Shown here one piece after another: positions 1 through 9,856 of a DNA stretch of 64,000 bases (position 1 is the stretch's first letter; each line of letters opens with the position of its first letter). Where the stretch lies: assembly GCA_964558645.1 (NCBI GenBank), contig CAZLEV010000001.1, positions 29,568 to 93,567 on the forward strand, given 5' to 3'. The stretch comes from an uncultured archaeon (GTDB lineage: Archaea > Asgardarchaeota > Thorarchaeia > Thorarchaeales > Thorarchaeaceae). Position numbers and translations under genes: made by a program. The notes under the pieces are model-generated. The model had not been told where the DNA came from. It searched no databases and saw only the letters and a list, made by a program, of their open reading frames with translations.

Positions 1-402
1 TACACCTTCAGTTTCGAGTATGACACCAGTGCTCTGGCCGTTGGCACTTATCAGCACGATGTCGACCTGACCCCGTCAAGTGCAGACTACGAAGCTGCAC
101 ACACCCTGGTGAACATCACCGTCCGAGCGCACTACACCTTCATCGAGGTGAACTACGACGAAACAGTACCGTGGGGTGAGACCTCCAGTTTCGTGGTGAG
201 ATGGTTTGATGCAGACACAGGTGGTTCCCAGATCACAACCGACCTTGGCAGTATCGTGGTGGGTTCAGACACGTTCTACACCTTCAGTTTCGAGTATGAC
301 ACCAGTGCTCTGGCCGTTGGCACTTATCAGCGCGATGTCAACCTGACCCCCTCAAGTGTAGACTATGAATCTGCACACACCCTGGTGAACATCACAGTCC
401 GG
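1..402 (+). repeat. Near-identical intragenic tandem repeat, period 276 bp (92 codons)
   Basis: Bases 1-55 are identical to 277-331, and similarity continues with scattered mismatches to about 126/402. Confidence 0.9.
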
Positions 403-3400
403 GCTCATTTCACCTATGTTGTTGTGAACTATGATTCACGATTGCCGTGGGGGTATCAGTCCTCTTTCGTTGTTTCTTGGCATGATCGAGATGTGGGGGA
501 TGCGCAGATCACAGACTCACTCGATAATGTGACTGTGGGTTCTCAGAGTTTCTACCAGCTGCAGTTTGAGTACGATACAAGTGCATGGGCTGTTGGAGAA
601 TACCAACGCAGTCTAGCAGTCTATCCCAACAATGACAAGTACTACACTACGAGCATGCTTGTCAATTTCACAATCCTAGCACATGAAACGTCCGTCGTTG
701 TAAATGCAGAAACAAACATTCCTTGGGGCGAGAACTCCTCCTTCTCAGTTAGTTGGTACGACCGTGACGATGGCAATTCATTGATTTCAGGAAGTCTGGA
801 GAATATCACCGTTGACACACAGGCCTTCTATGCTCGTACTTTCGATTTGGTGACAGACGACTGGAGCATTGGCACCTACAGGTTGGACCTCATTCTCTAC
901 TCCTCCAGTGTGAACTACATGCATGCAACGACACAGGTCAACATCACAGTAAGATCTCATCATACTGCAGTGTCCGTTAAAGGCAGTCTCACCGTTCCTT
1001 ATGGTAATAGCACCCCGATCACTGTTGTGTTCTGGGATACGGATTGGAACGTAGAGGTACCAATATACAACGTGTCAGCAGATGGAATCTCCTTTGACGC
1101 GGGTACATATGGAACTGAAGCCTTCAACGATTATACACCAACCCTCTCAACCGGCACATGGAGTGTAGGTGAGCACTCGGTCACCCTGACAGTGACAACT
1201 CTGGGAGATGGCCTCTACTACGATAATGCAATACATGATTTCAGCGTCACAATACGGAGACTTGGAATCCGTGTCGTCCACGAACCTACTGACATGATTA
1301 TCCCCTTCGGCGATGACTTCAACATTATCCTGAGGGTGAACGTTTCAGAGATTGGCAATCAATATGATGGAGATCCCGTGCCGGGACTCGGCCTTTCCGA
1401 CCTGCTAGTACAAAACTCCACCTACACCTTCTCCTTCACTCTCTCAGATCTCGGAAACGGACGATATAATCTAACTATAAGCAACTCCGAACTCACAGAC
1501 GAGTCGTACCGAATCACTATCACAATCCGACGTTCTGGTCTTATCTACGGGAGCGACTACATAACAATCGAGTTCAGCTACAGGGATGCTAGAAGTTATC
1601 TATCATCTCCGAACTACCCGAGGGTGATTACGCCATATGCGACTGACATCACGATTAGTCTGAATTACACTGATGTTGACCGCGACCTTGGCATAACTAC
1701 TGGGACGCTTACTGCTGAGGGTATTGCCATCTACGATGAGGGGCATATCGGCAACGGCGTTTATGAAGTAACGCTAGATGTGACAGGGCTTGATCGTGGT
1801 GACCATCAGTTCAACATAACAATCAGTGCACAACAGTATGAGGACAAGACACTATCATTCATCCTGACAATCCGGATTGTTTACACGTATGCAATTCCCT
1901 CCGTGGGGGCACTGGATATTCCTGTCGGTAACGACCCAGTGTTCTACGTGGACTACTGGGACACCGACCACGATGTACCCGTGGTAGATGCAATCCTGAA
2001 TCACAACTGGAGTGGCACAGTCGATGTGGTCTACCTGCCAGCCGAAGAGCGATATCAGCTAACCTTCAGGACTGAGGACACTGACCCTCTGGAGCAGAAC
2101 AGGATAGTTGAGTTCAATTTCTCAAAGGGTACGAACTATCAATTTGGTATTTTCACGATAACGGTGACAATCCGTACCCACCGAACGGACTTTCGACTTG
2201 TCAGTGCGGTGGAACCGACAAGCTATAATGGAATCATCAACATCTCCTTGTTCTACGGTGATATAGACAACAATATCGGAATCGACTCTTCGTTCGTGGC
2301 TCATCGAGCAGTCAACGGAAGCGGTTCCGGAGTCGAGGTATCCTCCACTCTCGTAAACGAGGGCTTCGGGTACTACACCGTGCAGATACCAGCTACTCAA
2401 TTTGGGGATCTTAGCACCCAGAACTTCTTGATATACTTCAACTGGACTGGAGATGTCTACAAGTACGAGAACAAGACAATCACAGTGGGGGCAAAGATCA
2501 TTGGTGAGGACTCGCAGTACACTCTACTGTTCTCATCTGAACCCACTCCCTACTTGAACAACATGAGTTACACGTTCCTCTACTCTGAGCTCTATAGCGG
2601 ACAGGGAATCAGCAACGCATCTGGAAATGTGTACATCTACGTTTCCTTCGATGATGAATCAATTGACTTGAACAAGATTGACATCTGGGAGGTCACTGAT
2701 GCAAACAAGACACCTGGTGAATATGCCATCCAGTTCAGCACGACGACTTTTGGTCGTACAGGACGCTTCTATATGACTGTCTACATCAACTGGTCCAAAG
2801 GAGCAGAGCCATTCTACACCAACAGGACCGATACTATCTCAGTCAGAATCCTCCCACGGGACACCCTGGTATCCGTAGTTCCGCCGACCCCGACAGCTCA
2901 TGGTGAGAACGCGACCTTCTCATTCACATTTGACGATGTGACTGGTGGGGAATCCGTACCGATTTCTGATAATCTCAGTCTCTCGATATCCCTGAGTCTC
3001 GCGGATTATTCTATCACGTATGACTCAGAAACCAAGGAGTTCACGGTATCATTCGACACCAGCCAGTCACCCGTTGGCGATGAACCACTGGGCCAGAAGT
3101 CGTTCATCTTGAATGTTACTTGGACCGGTGAACCCTTCTATGCAAATCGGACTGGACGAACAATCCTTGTCAGTGTCACGGCTCGCCAGACCGTGGTAGA
3201 TTACCAATCCCCTGCACCAACGCCCTATCTCGACAATGTCACCTTCTCAGTTGACTGGACGGACGTGACTGGTATGTCGGCGTTTGGCATTGCAACAGGG
3301 ATCATTACACTATATGATGGTCTGACCGAGATTCCAGCCACCTTCTACCATGTGGACAATCTAGGGGAGGGCGCTTACAGCGTGGAATTCACCACAACAT

Positions 3401-6400
3401 ACTACGCCGAACCGGGAGCATATGATGTCACTGTAGGGCTCCACACTGATGAGTTCTACATCCTTGATGTGAACACCACGCGGCAATTCTCTGTTAGATA
3501 TCGGGTAACACTATTATCAGCTGAACCTGTTGGCAAGAGTCCGTACAACTCATCAATTGAAGTCATTCTCAACTTCCAAGACCTTCTTACTCTGGACAAC
3601 ATAGCCAACAATTCGGACGTTACTTTCATAATAATGAATGGTTCAAGCTGGACCTATACAATAGATTGGAAACCTGCCTTTGGCTACTACCTTCTTGTGC
3701 TTGATACCTACAATCATCCTGACCTTGAAGTAGGTGTGCCTTTTGTCCTCCGATTCAATATGAGCTATGACTATCAGTCTCCTTACTACCGCTGGGATGA
3801 CACATACGTTTCGTTTGAGATGAGAACCAGGAAATCGTCACTTGAGCTGGACGATGCACCCCTGCCAACTGCTTATCTGGACTATGTCGACTTCGCAGTC
3901 TTCTATAGGGACGTTGATGGTACAGGAGGAATATCGGGTGCCACACTGTCAATCTACAGGGGCGTGACTGAGCTTCAGGCAGGTATCGACTACTCAGCTG
4001 TCGAAGTATCAGCTGGCCTTTGGAGTGTTTCTGTTAACACCACCGCATTGGATGGGCTCGGGATAACTGAAGTACAGGTAAGAGCAAACTGGTCGAACAC
4101 ATCGCCTCATCATGACAACGCAACGCTCAATGTGAGCCTTCGTACGATTAGACGTCAGACCAATGTAGAAGTAATCAGTCCGCCCGGACAGACGCCATAT
4201 CTGGAGAACGTCACCTTCACGTTCAGCTTCACTGATATCGGTACTGGGAACCCAATCACCGGGATCACCATTGACCAAATAATCGTGTACAACGATTTGA
4301 CCGCTCTGGTACCAGGTGAATACGTGTTCAGCATCGTGGGGAGTTTCTATGAGATTCAGGTGAGCTCCACAGTAATTGACCCAGCACTTGTAACAAACAG
4401 AAACCTGACGGTAGTTGTTGACTGGGACGATGGAGTGGTACCATACTACGAGGATGATCAGACATCAATCAAAGTCACAACCGTAAAACGGACGGTCTTG
4501 GTGTCGGTTGGTCAAGTATTGGATACGCCGCTGGGTGACTTGATGAACATCTCATTCACTTACAGCGACCAAGACACTGGCAATGGAATCGAGGGTGCGA
4601 TAGTACTCTTCAGTTGTGTGGAGGTGCCGGGGTTGGAAGAAAACACCGACTACTGGGTCACCGCGGGCACTGGAGCGGAAGCAGGTCAATACCTCATCTC
4701 GCTAGATACAGATGCTCTGGGTGGTATCAGTGCCTTCACCTTCTACTTGGACATTCACTGGGATCCGGCACAACAGCCCTACTACCGAAATGCGACGACA
4801 TTTGAGGTTCGTGGTTCCACACGACTCATACAGACGTCGCTGAGTAATGATGCACCCTCACCCGGAACAGTCCCTCTCAATGATGAGGTGTCAGTCATTG
4901 TCACTCTCAACGATGTTGACCATGGCTTGCCTGTAGACAGTGCAGGAGCAGCCATTTCAGTAAGGTACAAGGGCAGCGGCTTGGAGCCAGCTGACTGGAG
5001 CTACGCTCCCTTGGGGAGTGGCCAGTATAACGTAACTGTTGATACTGATGATGCAGGAGGTGCGGGAACGAAGGCACTCGTGATACGGATAGATTACTAC
5101 CCATATTTGCCTCTGGAGGTGCAGGTGACCTTCCAGATACGCTTGCGAGTTGGCGTTGTATCCATCGAGCACTTGCCAGATGCAATCTACGCCGGAGATC
5201 CAACCTACGTCATTCTGAACCTCACTGATGCTGATGCCAATGGCGCCCTCCTATCAGATGCTGTCCTTAGCCTTACATGGCCAGACTCAACAAGGAGCTG
5301 GGATGACCTCGGTGATGGGCGCTACAACATCTCGCTGGGCACATCAGAACTCAACTATGGCCTCAGGCGTCTGACTGTGGAAACATCGCTGCAGAACTAC
5401 ACAATCCAGACAGTTTCATTCGATCTGGACCTGCTTGCTGTTACGACCGATCTGCTATCGTCTTCCGATTTCTACGAGTTATACTTCATGGACTCGCAGA
5501 CCTTCTCAGTGTACCTGAACGATACGGTTCATGACACTCCAATATCAGACGCTGATGTGGACTGGAGAGCGACCTCTTCGGTCCTTGGTTCCATGACCGA
5601 GATTTCACCGGGTAACTACTCCTACACGCTTGATACGTCATTGCTCAGCGCGACGACAGTAGTGGTTAGAGTCACGGCACAAAAACCAAACTACGTGACG
5701 GTATCTGTGCAGATCACTTTGAGCATCTTGCCACTTCCTGTGGAGATTGTCCCTGTAGATGGCCAGTTCGTCTTCTCTTTGACCAGGGGTGAAAGCGTAC
5801 ACGTCGATGTCTGGCTCAATGAGACCGTAAATGGTGCTTTTGTCGATGGCGCTGAAGTGACTGTTTCTTGGGACTTCAACACAACTCAGCTGCTTTCTGC
5901 GGGCCCCGGTAGATACGAAACATACTTGAACACTGACGCCACCGAGGTGAAGTCATACACGATTTCAATCACTGGGCTGAAGCAGAATTATCTGGTGGCT
6001 CCCACCACACTCACAGTGTCCGTCAGACAGACGATGACGGTTGTGCAGTTCTCACCAAACAGTCAGGCAAACTACAGCGCTACTATCGCTTCTTTCTTCT
6101 GGAGCGAGATACCCTATATCGAGGTCTATGTGTTTGCTCCCTATCTCACAGGAGCAGATGCAAACAGATCTGATGCCATTGTGTCATGGAGCCTCATAGC
6201 GGAAGGAGCATCGAAAGGTGGCTTCATGCAGAACGGCAGTGCCACTGTAGAAGGAATGTACTATCTCTACCTCAATACATCAGACTTCGATGCAAACACA
6301 TACACACTAAGGGTATCTGCTGACGTGCTGAGTCCCGCTTACACCGACAATAGCACGGCCACTACCATAACGATTCGGAACATACGCACAGCAATCGAAG

Positions 6401-8211
6401 TGCCCGATATTGAGCCGGTCTATTGGGGGAACAGCTCATGGTACTACTTCAGCTATCTCGATACAGATCGGAATCTCCCTGTTGAGGGCGGCTCTGTCAC
6501 GTATACTTGGGCAGATATTCAGTATGATGCCGTCTATGTGGGAGAGGGTGTATATGGAGTCTTTATCGATACTCACGAAGTGCTTCCCAGTCCCACTAGA
6601 TACCCAATAGTAGTCGCCTTCGGGAAACAGAACTTCGACAGTCAGCAGAGGACAACATATCTCCGCGTGAATGAGATCCCGACCGAGCTCGTTCCCTATG
6701 CATCTGATGTGAATAGAGTGGATGATAGTTCCTCCCGCCTCCAAGTTCCCTATGGTGATGAACTCACTGTATACATCTACTACAACGTAACAGCTTATCC
6801 GTATGAGACGCCATACATAGGTGGAATTGCTGATGCGACGAGATGGGCTCAATTCACTGAACCTTTTGACGACCTGAATCTAACAGATCTGGGCGGGGGG
6901 AACTACAGCTTCACCTTCACCACAACTGACTATGAGATTCGCGATGACGCCTACAGGATCATCGTTGATATGCGTCAGGATAACCGGACCAAAGCGAGCA
7001 TCTCTATCTCGATCTTTGTCATAAGCGTTCCAACCACCGCACAGGCCTCCCTCCCGACCACGACCATTCAGATGTACTATGGAGACACAATGGAATTCAC
7101 AGTGACTTATTCTGACACATGGCCAGGGCACAACCTTGAGAGCATCGATGAAGCAATCATCTCCCTTGGCTCTGATAATCCGGACCTTGTGAATATCACC
7201 TACTTGGGTCCTGTCACAGGTCAGCCCGGAACCTACAGATTCAGGATGGCGATAAGCCGAGGTATTCTCCCCAATGTCAACCAGCAAGTAGCCAATGTCA
7301 ACGTTACTCTCAGCAAAGAAAACTACGATTCTTACTCCGTATCGTTGATTGTCAGAATGGGACCGAGTCCTGAGGACCAGACTCTGTCAAGCGCCATCAA
7401 CCTGGGCATGCCATTGGCCATTCTTGTTCTCCTCATTGGAGTTCTATGGGTCCGAGTATTCAGCGTGCCCAAGAAGCTCCGCAAGCTAAACGGTCAGATC
7501 AAGATGTTGCGTAAGGGAAACATCCCTAAACCGTTGGATGACGCGAAGGACCGGAAGGAGATTGTTGCACAGCTCTTCAATGACACATATGCCCAGTACA
7601 ACGAAAAGCTCGAGGAGTCCCGTCGTATCACCCGCAAACCCGATGAGATGCCTCCCGAGGCCGTTGAGGTTGACATACCTGAGATGGGTGAGCTTTTAGT
7701 GCAGCTATCGATTCTGACCCGATTGAGTCCCGAAGAGCTGGACGAATTCAAGGCAGACATTGCAAAGATGCGTCTGAGTGAACAGGCCAACTTCGTGAAA
7801 GAGGTCATCCACCAGGAGGCCATCAGGGCAGCCCGACGCGAGAACAAGACTGTTGAGGAGGTCATTGAAGAAGTGCAGCAGCAGGCGAAGCGGAGGCTGG
7901 GCGAGTTTGAGGGCGAGGTTCCTGAGGCCGTGACTCGCCGCACACCTGACGAAGACCTCGTCATTCTTGAGGAGACTCCAGAGCGCCTCAGGCGTGAAAC
8001 GGAGGAACTACTTCGGAAGGAAAGACTCGAAGAGGTAGAAGACTCTGAACTACCAGCCGACAGACTCAGTCCCTTTGAGATCGAGGATCTCAAGAAGAAA
8101 CTCGAATCACTCGGTGTGCCCCCGCATGAGATTGACACAATCCTGGAGCAGGCAAAGCATCTATCACGAGAAGATGTTGATGAGCTGGTTCGTAGTCTTG
8201 GTGGAGAGTAG
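1..8211 (+). CDS. Giant cell-surface protein (5'-truncated): tandem ~92-110 aa Ig/beta-sandwich-like repeats, one C-terminal TM helix and a ~250-aa acidic/helical cytoplasmic tail
   Basis: The frame is open from base 1 (YTFSFEYDTSALAVGTY...), so the true start is upstream of the window. Recurrent motifs such as PWG..SF.V.W.D.D and G.G.Y...DT, with many N-x-S/T sequons. TM segment MPLAILVLLIGVLWVRVF at ~7408-7461 is followed by KKLRK. Confidence 0.9.
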   Translation, partial: YTFSFEYDTSALAVGTYQHDVDLTPSSADYEAAHTLVNITVRAHYTFIEVNYDETVPWGETSSFVVRWFDADTGGSQITTDLGSIVVGSDTFYTFSFEYDTSALAVGTYQRDVNLTPSSVDYESAHTLVNITVRAHFTYVVVNYDSRLPWGYQSSFVVSWHDRDVGDAQITDSLDNVTVGSQSFYQLQFEYDTSAWAVGEYQRSLAVYPNNDKYYTTSMLVNFTILAHETSVVVNAETNIPWGENSSFSVSWYDRDDGNSLISGSLENITVDTQAFYARTFDLVTDDWSIGTYRLDLILYSSSVNYMHATTQVNITVRSHHTAVSVKGSLTVPYGNSTPITVVFWDTDWNVEVPIYNVSADGISFDAGTYGTEAFNDYTPTLSTGTWSVGEHSVTLTVTTLGDGLYYDNAIHDFSVTIRRLGIRVVHEPTDMIIPFGDDFNIILRVNVSEIGNQYDGDPVPGLGLSDLLVQNSTYTFSFTLSDLGNGRYNLTISNSELTDESYRITITIRRSGLIYGSDYITIEFSYRDARSYLSSPNYPRVITPYATDITISLNYTDVDRDLGITTGTLTAEGIAIYDEGHIGNGVYEVTLDVTGLDRGDHQFNITISAQQYEDKTLSFILTIRIVYTYAIPSVGALDIPVGNDPVFYVDYWDTDHDVPVVDAILNHNWSGTVDVVYLPAEERYQLTFRTEDTDPLEQNRIVEFNFSKGTNYQFGIFTITVTIRTHRTDFRLVSAVEPTSYNGIINISLFYGDIDNNIGIDSSFVAHRAVNGSGSGVEVSSTLVNEGFGYYTVQIPATQFGDLSTQNFLIYFNWTGDVYKYENKTITVGAKIIGEDSQYTLLFSSEPTPYLNNMSYTFLYSELYSGQGISNASGNVYIYVSFDDESIDLNKIDIWEVTDANKTPGEYAIQFSTTTFGRTGRFYMTVYINWSKGAEPFYTNRTDTISVRILPRDTLVSVVPPTPTAHGENATFSFTFDDVTGGESVPISDNLSLSISLSLADYSITYDSETKEFTVSFDTSQSPVGDEPLGQKSFILNVTWTGEPFYANRTGRTILVSVTARQTVVDYQSPAPTPYLDNVTFSVDWTDVTGMSAFGIATGIITLYDGLTEIPATFYHVDNLGEGAYSVEFTTTYYAEPGAYDVTVGLHTDEFYILDVNTTRQFSVRYRVTLLSAEPVGKSPYNSSIEVILNFQDLLTLDNIANNSDVTFIIMNGSSWTYTIDWKPAFGYYLLVLDTYNHPDLEVGVPFVLRFNMSYDYQSPYYRWDDTYVSFEMRTRKSSLELDDAPLPTAYLDYVDFAVFYRDVDGTGGISGATLSIYRGVTELQAGIDYSAVEVSAGLWSVSVNTTALDGLGITEVQVRANWSNTSPHHDNATLNVSLRTIRRQTNVEVISPPGQTPYLENVTFTFSFTDIGTGNPITGITIDQIIVYNDLTALVPGEYVFSIVGSFYEIQVSSTVIDPALVTNRNLTVVVDWDDGVVPYYEDDQTSIKVTTVKRTVLVSVGQVLDTPLGDLMNISFTYSDQDTGNGIEGAIVLFSCVEVPGLEENTDYWVTAGTGAEAGQYLISLDTDALGGISAFTFYLDIHWDPAQQPYYRNATTFEVRGSTRLIQTSLSNDAPSPGTVPLNDEVSVIVTLNDVDHGLPVDSAGAAISVRYKGSGLEPADWSYAPLGSGQYNVTVDTDDAGGAGTKALVIRIDYYPYLPLEVQVTFQIRLRVGVVSIEHLPDAIYAGDPTYVILNLTDADANGALLSDAVLSLTWPDSTRSWDDLGDGRYNISLGTSELNYGLRRLTVETSLQNYTIQTVSFDLDLLAVTTDLLSSSDFYELYFMDSQTFSVYLNDTVHDTPISDADVDWRATSSVLGSMTEISPGNYSYTLDTSLLSATTVVVRVTAQKPNYVTVSVQITLSILPLPVEIVPVDGQFVFSLTRGESVHVDVWLNETVNGAFVDGAEVTVSWDFNTTQLLSAGPGRYETYLNTDATEVKSYTISITGLKQNYLVAPTTLTVSVRQTMTVVQFSPNSQANYSATIASFFWSEIPYIEVYVFAPYLTGADANRSDAIVSWSLIAEGASKGGFMQNGSATVEGMYYLYLNTSDFDANTYTLRVSADVLSPAYTDNSTATTITIRNIRTAIEVPDIEPVYWGNSSWYYFSYLDTDRNLPVEGGSVTYTWADIQYDAVYVGEGVYGVFIDTHEVLPSPTRYPIVVAFGKQNFDSQQRTTYLRVNEIPTELVPYASDVNRVDDSSSRLQVPYGDELTVYIYYNVTAYPYETPYIGGIADATRWAQFTEPFDDLNLTDLGGGNYSFTFTTTDYEIRDDAYRIIVDMRQDNRTKASISISIFVISVPTTAQASLPTTTIQMYYGDTMEFTVTYSDTWPGHNLESIDEAIISLGSDNPDLVNITYLGPVTGQPGTYRFRMAISRGILPNVNQQVANVNVTLSKENYDSYSVSLIVRMGPSPEDQTLSSAINLGMPLAILVLLIGVLWVRVFSVPKKLRKLNGQIKMLRKGNIPKPLDDAKDRKEIVAQLFNDTYAQYNEKLEESRRITRKPDEMPPEAVEVDIPEMGELLVQLSILTRLSPEELDEFKADIAKMRLSEQANFVKEVIHQEAIRAARRENKTVEEVIEEVQQQAKRRLGEFEGEVPEAVTRRTPDEDLVILEETPERLRRETEELLRKERLEEVEDSELPADRLSPFEIEDLKKKLESLGVPPHEIDTILEQAKHLSREDVDELVRSLGGE

Positions 8212-8234
8212 CCGGAGCGCCATCTGCTCGGCTA

Positions 8235-8996
8235 CTACTCCTCATGTCTGATGAAATGAGAGAGCGGCAGCGTTGTACCGAAATCTCGCCGCTTTGCTCG
8301 GGAGGTTCGCCTGACCGGATATTGGGGGTGCTTGGTGAGTGTGTACTTGAAGTAGGACTTGCTCTCTGTCACATTGACATGAATCTGTGCACAGCTGGAG
8401 AGGGTCTTACCTCCTGCTGGAAACTTGGGGTTTCTCGATGAGGCTGGGGTCGTCACTATGGTGAATAGATTGTGACCCAGGGTGAAGGTCATCAGCTTGC
8501 TTGCCATGTGAGAGATCTGTTGCATTGCATCTCCTGATAGTCCCTCAGAGATGTAGAGATCTGGAAGGCCGGAAACAATGAGTAATCTGGCTGGAATGCG
8601 GTCTAAGAAATTCTCTAGTTGGTTCATTACGAGGTCATAAGTCTGTGACGAGTTGAAGGCTCTAGAGATATAGATATGATCCATTACCTCTTCGGGTTCT
8701 AGCTCAACATCGAATGCAAAGTCTGCGATTTTCTCCATCTTTATTATGTTTGCACTGTCAATTATGACCGTTGGACTGTCCAACCCTCCTGACTCCTTAG
8801 ATAGTTGTATGTTAACCGCAGCGCGGATAATATCACTATGAAGCGAACTGTCGCCATAGAAGAGGTGCATCAATCCCTTCTCCAATCCGCCGCCTAGTAA
8901 GGTGTCTATCGCTTTTGTACCCGTGCTGACCTGTTCTCTCTTCATCTGGTCGGCTGTGGTGAACCCCGGTCTTAGATTTGATCCCAAATTCTTCAT
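8235..8996 (-). CDS. RadA/Rad51-like paralog with degenerate ATPase motifs
   Basis: STGTKAIDTLLGGGLE and ..DHIYISRAFNS are RadA-like. The Walker A position reads YGDSSLHS (no GKT) and the Walker B position reads LLIVSG. Confidence 0.8.
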   Translation of the reverse strand: MKNLGSNLRPGFTTADQMKREQVSTGTKAIDTLLGGGLEKGLMHLFYGDSSLHSDIIRAAVNIQLSKESGGLDSPTVIIDSANIIKMEKIADFAFDVELEPEEVMDHIYISRAFNSSQTYDLVMNQLENFLDRIPARLLIVSGLPDLYISEGLSGDAMQQISHMASKLMTFTLGHNLFTIVTTPASSRNPKFPAGGKTLSSCAQIHVNVTESKSYFKYTLTKHPQYPVRRTSRAKRRDFGTTLPLSHFIRHEE

Positions 8997-9106
8997 TCCA
9001 AAATGATGTTGGCGTTATGAAGTAATAATCCCCACCGAAAAGTGTGCACCCGGCACTTAGTTTAATAGTCCCCCTTTCATACCTTTATTGGCCGGGAGGA
9101 ATTCAA

Positions 9107-9298
9107 GTGACACAGAAAATCCGCGTCTGTCCTCGTTGTGGAAGCGCCAAGATATCCGAAGCCAAGAGTTCTGTTGGTGGATGGCTGGTGCCTTCCTCAT
9201 ATTGTTGTCAGGAATGCGACTATGTAGGTCAGGTGTTCGTCGAGATTGAGATTTCAGATCTGAAAAAGCTTCAACAAGCCATCAAGGGCGAGGCATAG
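9107..9298 (+). CDS. Small zinc-ribbon protein
   Basis: CPRCGS...CCQECDY motifs. The GTG at 9107 is preceded by GGAGG; the ORF-track start at 9044 is probably too far upstream. Confidence 0.7.
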   Translation: MTQKIRVCPRCGSAKISEAKSSVGGWLVPSSYCCQECDYVGQVFVEIEISDLKKLQQAIKGEA

Positions 9299-9377
9299 CT
9301 CGTTTTCGTTTCATATGCCCTGAAGAGTAAATCACTTAAGTACTTTCTAATCAACAACCAGTTTAGGTGTCGCAATC

Positions 9378-9803
9378 ATGGTATCATACGAAGGGTTCGA
9401 ATTTCCTGAGGACTTATACTATACTACTGACCAAGAATGGGTCAAGAAAGAAGACGGCAAGGTCCGGGTTGGCTTTACGACTTTCGGCATGGATCTCGCT
9501 GGAAAGATCAAGTTCGTTCGACTCAGACCGGCTGGCCGCGAAATCAAGGCGGGTAAGAGCATTGGCACACTCGAGTCCGGAAAATGGACCGGTCCAGTGA
9601 AAGCACCAGTCAGCGGTACACTGGCCGAGGTCAATGAGGAACTCAAGACCAATCCTGGTCTGTTGAATGAGGACCCGTACGGCAAGGGCTGGATTGCAGT
9701 CATCGAGGCAACCAATCTTGAGGAAGACCTTAAGGAGTTGCAGGGTGCAGACGGACTTGATGAGTGGGTCAAGAAGGAATACGCTGAGAAGACGGCCGAA
9801 TAG
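9378..9803 (+). CDS. gcvH: Glycine cleavage system H (lipoyl-carrier) protein
   Basis: YYTTDQEWV, LESGKW (lipoyl-Lys) and LLNEDPYGKGWI motifs. Confidence 0.92.
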   Translation: MVSYEGFEFPEDLYYTTDQEWVKKEDGKVRVGFTTFGMDLAGKIKFVRLRPAGREIKAGKSIGTLESGKWTGPVKAPVSGTLAEVNEELKTNPGLLNEDPYGKGWIAVIEATNLEEDLKELQGADGLDEWVKKEYAEKTAE

Positions 9804-9819
9804 TTCCATGGGCGAGTGC

Positions 9820-9841
9820 GGTGCCGGAGTGATCCGGCGCC
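9820..9841. terminator. GC-rich hairpin between the convergent gcvH and cdc6-like genes
   Basis: GGTGCCGGA-GTGA-TCCGGCGCC inverted repeat. Confidence 0.4.
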
Positions 9842-9856
9842 ACCCACGTCATTTTC

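Noticed and set aside
1-402. The 276-bp repeat pair as a diversity-generating retroelement TR/VR
   Set aside because: Mismatches are not adenine-specific (C/T, G/C and G/T are seen), both copies are in-frame tandem modules, and no reverse transcriptase is in the window.
7494-8138. 214-aa antisense ORF, and the many other short overlapping ORFs in the track (e.g. 35717-36214, 49097-49294)
   Set aside because: They are shadow frames overlapping well-supported genes, with Ser/Arg-biased composition and no motifs.
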